64,000 nt of DNA from an uncultured SAR86 cluster bacterium (GTDB taxonomy: Bacteria; Pseudomonadota; Gammaproteobacteria; Magnimaribacterales; AG-339-G14): assembly GCA_902589965.1 (NCBI GenBank), contig CACIUX010000005.1, forward strand, positions 7,929 to 71,928, given 5' to 3'. Numbering within the stretch: the stretch's first letter is position 1; the number at the start of each line of letters is the position of its first letter. Positions 59,186-64,000 of the stretch are shown here, one piece after another. The notes under the pieces were generated by a model, which was not told the origin of the DNA, did no database searches, and worked only from the letters and a program-made list of their open reading frames with translations. Position numbers and translations under genes: made by a program.

Positions 59186-59911
59186 ATGAATCAGATAGTC
59201 CAATTTTTTCTAAAAATAAGAAACAGTAGTTTTTTTAATGGAATTGTAATTTTTGTAATCATTGGCTCTGCTATTTATGCAGGAGTTAGCTCTTATGACC
59301 TTGCGGAAGAATACGTTGGACTGCTGAATTTTCTTGATACCGCCATAACAGTTTTTTTCCTAGTAGAGATTATTATAAGAATAGTCGCAGAAAGATCACT
59401 GATTAAATTTTTTAAAGGTGGTTGGAACGTCTTTGATTTCATCATCGTTACGGTCAGTTTAATTCCAATCACGGGAGGAGAGACAGCATTCGTTGCAAGA
59501 TTACTCAGAATTGTCAGGGTATTAAGAATTATCACCGTAGTGCCTGCATTGAAGAAAATTGTCGATGCGTTGTTTGAAACGCTTCCAAGAGTTGGTTTTG
59601 TGGCTCTTCTAATGTTCATTTTCATATATATATGGGCTGCTATAGGAACTTTAGTTTTTGGAACAACAGATCCAGAACATTGGGGTAATATTGGTCTTGC
59701 TATGCTTACCCTTGCACAAGTTGCTACATACGATGACTGGGCTGCAGTTATGAAAGATATAATTGAAGTTTTTCCTTGGGTATGGATTTACTTTATTAGT
59801 TTCATTCTTCTTAATGCCGTAATCATGTTGAATATGGTCATTGGTATCATTGTTGATGTTATGTCTAAGAAATCTAGCAGCGGCCAATTAAGTGCAGATG
59901 AGAATCAATAA
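59186..59911 (+). CDS. BacNav-family voltage-gated cation channel with TYDDW filter
   Basis: GWNVFDFIIV (S3), RLLRIVRVLR (S4), pore VATYDDWAAV, S6 LNMVIGIIVD.M. Confidence 0.93.
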   Translation: MNQIVQFFLKIRNSSFFNGIVIFVIIGSAIYAGVSSYDLAEEYVGLLNFLDTAITVFFLVEIIIRIVAERSLIKFFKGGWNVFDFIIVTVSLIPITGGETAFVARLLRIVRVLRIITVVPALKKIVDALFETLPRVGFVALLMFIFIYIWAAIGTLVFGTTDPEHWGNIGLAMLTLAQVATYDDWAAVMKDIIEVFPWVWIYFISFILLNAVIMLNMVIGIIVDVMSKKSSSGQLSADENQ

Positions 59912-60140
59912 TTTTCTGATCCTTTTTCTATTTTTATCTTTATCTTCATGCACCTATCAAAAGGTAATTAAGAACTCTATGTATGATTTAGATGAGTTTG
60001 ATGCATGTTATTTAGATCATAAATCCGTCCTAGACTCCGATAAACAGAAGTATCTAAACATGCTCATAGAGTTAAGAAATTATAATTGTTCTCGTTATTA
60101 TGAACTTTTTATGAGAGGGACAATTATTCAGGGCAATTAA
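59898..60140 (+). CDS. Small hypothetical lipoprotein
   Basis: MRINNFLILFLFLSLSSC lipobox; overlaps the channel stop; two further Cys. Confidence 0.6.
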   Translation: MRINNFLILFLFLSLSSCTYQKVIKNSMYDLDEFDACYLDHKSVLDSDKQKYLNMLIELRNYNCSRYYELFMRGTIIQGN

Positions 60141-61909
60141 AACCAAAATATCAGGAGCAATGGTGTTGAAATGGCTATTATGAGTAATTCTAATGGTAGA
60201 CCTAATTTCCAGTAATCTCCAAATTTATAATTACCTGGTCCCATTACCAAAGTGTTACATTGATGTCCGATAGGAGATAAAAAAGCACAGCTTGCACCTA
60301 TTGCAACACACATCAAAAATGGTTCAGAAGGATGACCTAACTGATTTGCAATTGTGACTGATATAGGTCCCATAATAACTGCAGTCGCTGCATTATTAAT
60401 GACATCAGATAGACACATTGTGGCTACCATCAAAATAACAAGGGTGCCAACTAGACCAAATTGAATAGATTGAGTCGCTATTACGGTTGCTAATATATTT
60501 GTAAGACCACTGTCATATAGTGCATCGCCTATAGGAATCATAGCTCCAAGCAATACAATAACAGGCCATTCAATATGACGATAAAGCATATTTGGTTTTA
60601 GTAGTTTAGACGCAACAAATGCTAAAACGCATAGTAAAAATGCTATGACGACATTTAAAAAATTTGTGATAACCAAAAGTAAACTAAAAGAAAATAACCC
60701 TAATGAAAGTAAAACTTTAGAATCATCCTTTATTACATCTAACTCTCTTTGCCAAAGAGGCATCAAACCAAGATCTTGCATTTTATCACTGGTATCTTTT
60801 TGTTCTTCTCTAGTAGCAATCAACAACACATCTCCAGCCTTGAAATGTTCGTTTGAAAGGCTTCCTTGAAAATTTGTACCTTTCCTCCACAACCCAAGAA
60901 CAGCCATCTGTCTCCCAACCATATTTGAAAAATAGCTTATAGTTCTACCTATTAATCTTGACCCTGGAGAAATCATGGTTTCAATTTCACCAAAGCTTCC
61001 TGAATCAAGATCTTTAATTTCGGTTCTGAGAGAAAGACCATACTTATCTTGTAGTCCTGATACTTCCTCTGGATTTATTTTCAAAAGTAGAATTTGAGAT
61101 TCTTTTAATTCCTCAAAATTACTTAAAATTTCCCTAGCATCAGATGTTTCATTTACTGAACCAATGAGTACTGTGTCAGAACCTAGTTCCTTCCTGAATT
61201 CTTGAGTTTTTTTACCTATAAGATCGCTATCTTTATCAATCACAAGTTCAACTAAATATTCATTAATATCAACTAAAGAAGATGAATCACTGTCACCAGA
61301 TCTATTTTTAACAAGAATGAAACCAAGTAATGCGATAAAAATTACGCCTCCGATACTCACAGGCAACCCTGCATAGGCAAAATCAAAAAATTCGAACCCT
61401 TGATCGGAATATTGGTCCCTAAATTCGGAAATAATAATATTTGGAGGCGTTCCAATTTTTGTATTCATACCCCCAAGAATTGATGCGAAGGCAAGAGGCA
61501 TTAAAAATTTAGAAGGGGACCAGCCCATTTTCTGACATATACCCAAAGTTACAGGTAATAACATCGCCATAGCACCAATGTTATTCATAAAAGAAGATAG
61601 TATGACTGCAATACCCATCAATATGACTAAGAACTGAAATTCACTATTAGCAATTTTCTGTAATAGATTGCCAATTTTCCCTATCAATCCTGATGCCTCT
61701 AGGCCTTTACTAATCAATAAAACAAGCGCAACTGTTATAACTGCGGGATGTCCAAACCCTACAAATGCTTCTTTAGCTGGAACAAAACCAAGAACCACTA
61801 AAACTGCAAGACTTGTTAATGCTACTGCATCGTATCGAAATCTGCCCCAGATAAACATAACAACCATAACCAAGAGTACGGCTGAAAGGATGATTTGATT
61901 GATATCCAT
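60137..61909 (-). CDS. SLC13/CitMHS-family permease with TrkA-C (RCK-C) domains
   Basis: SSFMNNIGA, IGTPPNII, two RCK-C repeats, SCAFLSPIGHQCN.LVMGPG.YKFGDY. Confidence 0.93.
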   Translation of the reverse strand: MDINQIILSAVLLVMVVMFIWGRFRYDAVALTSLAVLVVLGFVPAKEAFVGFGHPAVITVALVLLISKGLEASGLIGKIGNLLQKIANSEFQFLVILMGIAVILSSFMNNIGAMAMLLPVTLGICQKMGWSPSKFLMPLAFASILGGMNTKIGTPPNIIISEFRDQYSDQGFEFFDFAYAGLPVSIGGVIFIALLGFILVKNRSGDSDSSSLVDINEYLVELVIDKDSDLIGKKTQEFRKELGSDTVLIGSVNETSDAREILSNFEELKESQILLLKINPEEVSGLQDKYGLSLRTEIKDLDSGSFGEIETMISPGSRLIGRTISYFSNMVGRQMAVLGLWRKGTNFQGSLSNEHFKAGDVLLIATREEQKDTSDKMQDLGLMPLWQRELDVIKDDSKVLLSLGLFSFSLLLVITNFLNVVIAFLLCVLAFVASKLLKPNMLYRHIEWPVIVLLGAMIPIGDALYDSGLTNILATVIATQSIQFGLVGTLVILMVATMCLSDVINNAATAVIMGPISVTIANQLGHPSEPFLMCVAIGASCAFLSPIGHQCNTLVMGPGNYKFGDYWKLGLPLELLIIAISTPLLLIFWF

Positions 61910-62136
61910 AAAAGAAAAGATACTTTACATTAAGTTATTTTAATTAGCATGATAGATTTTGGTTTTTTTAAAAATCTTATCTATGTTTTATAAATTAAGG
62001 CTTTTTAACCTCAAATATAGTAAAATTTATGAACGAAGTAAGTTTTTGTTAGTTTGACTAAGTGTCATTTTGACAATAAAATTCTTTTTTTCTTAATAAT
62101 GAGAAAAATAAAGGAAAAACTTCATGGAGTGGGTTT

Positions 62137-62613
62137 ATGAAGATAATAAACATGAAAAAATTTAACAAAGTATTGATCCTTCCTTTGTTAGTCTTTGTTT
62201 TAGCAAACTGTGCTGGAACAAATGTCACAACTTATTCATCTGCATCAATTATGCTTGATGACTTTATAGAACAGAATGGCGGTAAAGGTGCAGTAAATGA
62301 TGAAACGTTGCATTATCCTTTAGACATTCAAACTTTGTCATGTTCTGAGATGCAAGCTAACAGAATAAGAATCTCTAATTTAATCAATAATTTATCTGAA
62401 AAAGTAGTAGAAAACGCAAATAGAAGTACTAGTTACTCCACATATGGATTAACAAAGCATGATCCCTTGGTTGGAACTAGTTTTATTGGAATCAGCTCTG
62501 TAGGCTTAAATCCTGAAGTTACTGAATACAGGAAACTAAAATTAGTGTTAGAAGAACTTAACACTACTTCAATCCTCAAGTGTACTCCACCTGAGGTAAT
62601 GAGAACTCCGTAA
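62137..62613 (+). CDS. Hypothetical lipoprotein
   Basis: MKKFNKVLILPLLVFVLANC lipobox; LSC..C pair. Confidence 0.7.
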   Translation: MKIINMKKFNKVLILPLLVFVLANCAGTNVTTYSSASIMLDDFIEQNGGKGAVNDETLHYPLDIQTLSCSEMQANRIRISNLINNLSEKVVENANRSTSYSTYGLTKHDPLVGTSFIGISSVGLNPEVTEYRKLKLVLEELNTTSILKCTPPEVMRTP

Positions 62614-62655
62614 ATCTTTTCTAATTTACAGGACTCTATGGCTATATAATTAATT

Positions 62656-63594
62656 ATGGCCATTCGTCTTGCTTATCTAATCAGTTTCTTATTTCTTTTT
62701 CTTTATGGAATTTTTGCTTTTCTTGGTATAGGTATTTCTCTTGAGCCAGGAATGGAGATTGGAGGGGTATCAAGATGGTGTGAAAGAGTTAGTGATAGTA
62801 TTTTCAGAGAGCCTGTAAATACTATTACAAACTTAGCCTTTATGGTAACTGGCTTGATAATGTTTCATGTCCTTAATCGAGATGAAGAAAATGTAAATAC
62901 TTTCCATACTCTTACTCCAATAGCAATTTTATATGCATCTGCAGCCATTTTTTTAGGACCCGGATCGTTTTTAATGCATGGAACTCACACAGAATGGGGC
63001 GGTTGGGCAGATAACTTAAGTATGGTTATGTACATCATTATCCCTTGGCTCTACAACTTCAAGCTCATGGCTAATTGGAGTACGAGTACATTTTTTAAAA
63101 CATATTTAGGAATTGTCTTTGCCTATGGTCTTGGAAGGTGGTTCCTAGGAGATGGAATGGGTATTGGTTTCAGCGTTTATGGAGTCTCTATAGGAGTTTG
63201 GATAGTTTCTGAATTTTTATTTAGATTCTGGAGTCAAAGGATGAGATTCTTTTCTGGTTTTATTGGATTTTTAGTCGCAGCTATATTTGGAATTTTTCCC
63301 TCAGAAATATTCAATAATTTAGATCAATATTGGTGGATAGCATTTTTCTGGCTTCCAGGATTATTATGTAAATCAAAACCAACATACGAAAGAAAATATT
63401 CTTGGTTTTTTATTGGCATGATTCTCTATATATCAGCTTTCATTGTTTGGCTTCAAGGATACCCAGACCAACCTTTATGTAATCCTGATTCGTATATACA
63501 AGCTCATGGAATTTGGCACATTCTTTGCTCATTAGCTACTTTAAGTTTTTTTATATTCCTAAGAACTGAAAAATTAAAAAAAAGAGAGGCTTAA
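62656..63594 (+). CDS. Ceramidase-like (CREST superfamily) membrane hydrolase
   Basis: WCE...EPVNT.TN, GSFLMH (SxxxH), D..SM, HGIWH (HxxxH), multiple TM segments. Confidence 0.85.
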   Translation: MAIRLAYLISFLFLFLYGIFAFLGIGISLEPGMEIGGVSRWCERVSDSIFREPVNTITNLAFMVTGLIMFHVLNRDEENVNTFHTLTPIAILYASAAIFLGPGSFLMHGTHTEWGGWADNLSMVMYIIIPWLYNFKLMANWSTSTFFKTYLGIVFAYGLGRWFLGDGMGIGFSVYGVSIGVWIVSEFLFRFWSQRMRFFSGFIGFLVAAIFGIFPSEIFNNLDQYWWIAFFWLPGLLCKSKPTYERKYSWFFIGMILYISAFIVWLQGYPDQPLCNPDSYIQAHGIWHILCSLATLSFFIFLRTEKLKKREA

Positions 63595-63608
63595 CCTCTC
63601 TTTTTTTT
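63576..63608. terminator. Bidirectional intrinsic terminator
   Basis: A8-GAGAGG-CTTAA-CCTCTC-T8 between convergent genes. Confidence 0.92.
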
Positions 63609-63617
63609 GATAAATAT

Positions 63618-64000
63618 TTATCTTTTCAACCAGGCCTTAATTGGTGAACCATATGATATGTTTACTACTTCTCTCATACCTTTAACTTTTTTTAAGAATT
63701 TAGCTTGCGCATCTGATTGGGATTGTGCCATTTGATTCTTTGTTAGAGATGCAAAATCACTTCCACCTATATAGATGAAATGAGTGAATTCTGTAGATCC
63801 ATAAATAACAGCATTTAAACCATAGGAACTAGTAAGTTCATTCTCATTTGAATTAGCTAATTCGATAAATTCTTCCAGATAATCTCCTGCTTTTCCAGAT
63901 TCAACTTTAAGATCAAATCTCATAAAAGCCCTATCTTTTGTCCAATCTCCTACCTCTAAAGCCTGAAAGGTAACAAATTCTGAAACGGGAGTTGCTACAG
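63618..64000 (-). CDS. Partial hypothetical protein (5' end outside the window)
   Basis: The frame of the 63618-63923 ORF stays open to the window edge (VATPVSEFVTFQALEVGDWTKDRAFM...). Confidence 0.7.
   Translation of the reverse strand, partial: VATPVSEFVTFQALEVGDWTKDRAFMRFDLKVESGKAGDYLEEFIELANSNENELTSSYGLNAVIYGSTEFTHFIYIGGSDFASLTKNQMAQSQSDAQAKFLKKVKGMREVVNISYGSPIKAWLKR

Overview
AT-rich (about one-third GC by eye), very gene-dense chromosomal segment of a streamlined marine Gammaproteobacterium. The style suggests SAR86: 1000-aa TonB receptors, lipid hydrolases and minimal intergenic DNA. The taxon is an inference. Contents from left to right: (1) the end of a probable surface lipoprotein, a TonB-dependent receptor and a reduced type II secretion operon (gspCDEFG-IJKLMN, no gspH or gspO); (2) hydrolases, pdxJ, grxD and a ferritin-like/cupredoxin-lipoprotein unit with a Fur-box-like site; (3) core genes argG, fabD, split metG, mlaA, dusA, nhaB, nudC, rne-rluC-rpmF-fabG-acpP-fabF-mltG-tmk-holB; (4) ptrB, then three large TonB receptors with a carboxylesterase; (5) a cluster of a cyclic-nucleotide-gated K+ channel, a CHASE2 adenylate cyclase, two outer-membrane barrels, a BacNav-type channel with an unusual TYDDW filter and an RCK-C permease; (6) a ceramidase-like gene. 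No tRNA, rRNA, CRISPR array, integrase or transposase was recognised. Most interesting: the cAMP/ion-channel cluster and its Ca-type filter; an exact 22-bp copy of gspC sequence in a distant intergenic region between short direct repeats; in-frame loss of the Zn-binding Cys motifs from both RNase E and GspE; recurrent leaderless-type promoters; CsrA-like hairpins on the TonB receptor leaders; and a terminator that doubles as signal-peptide coding sequence.
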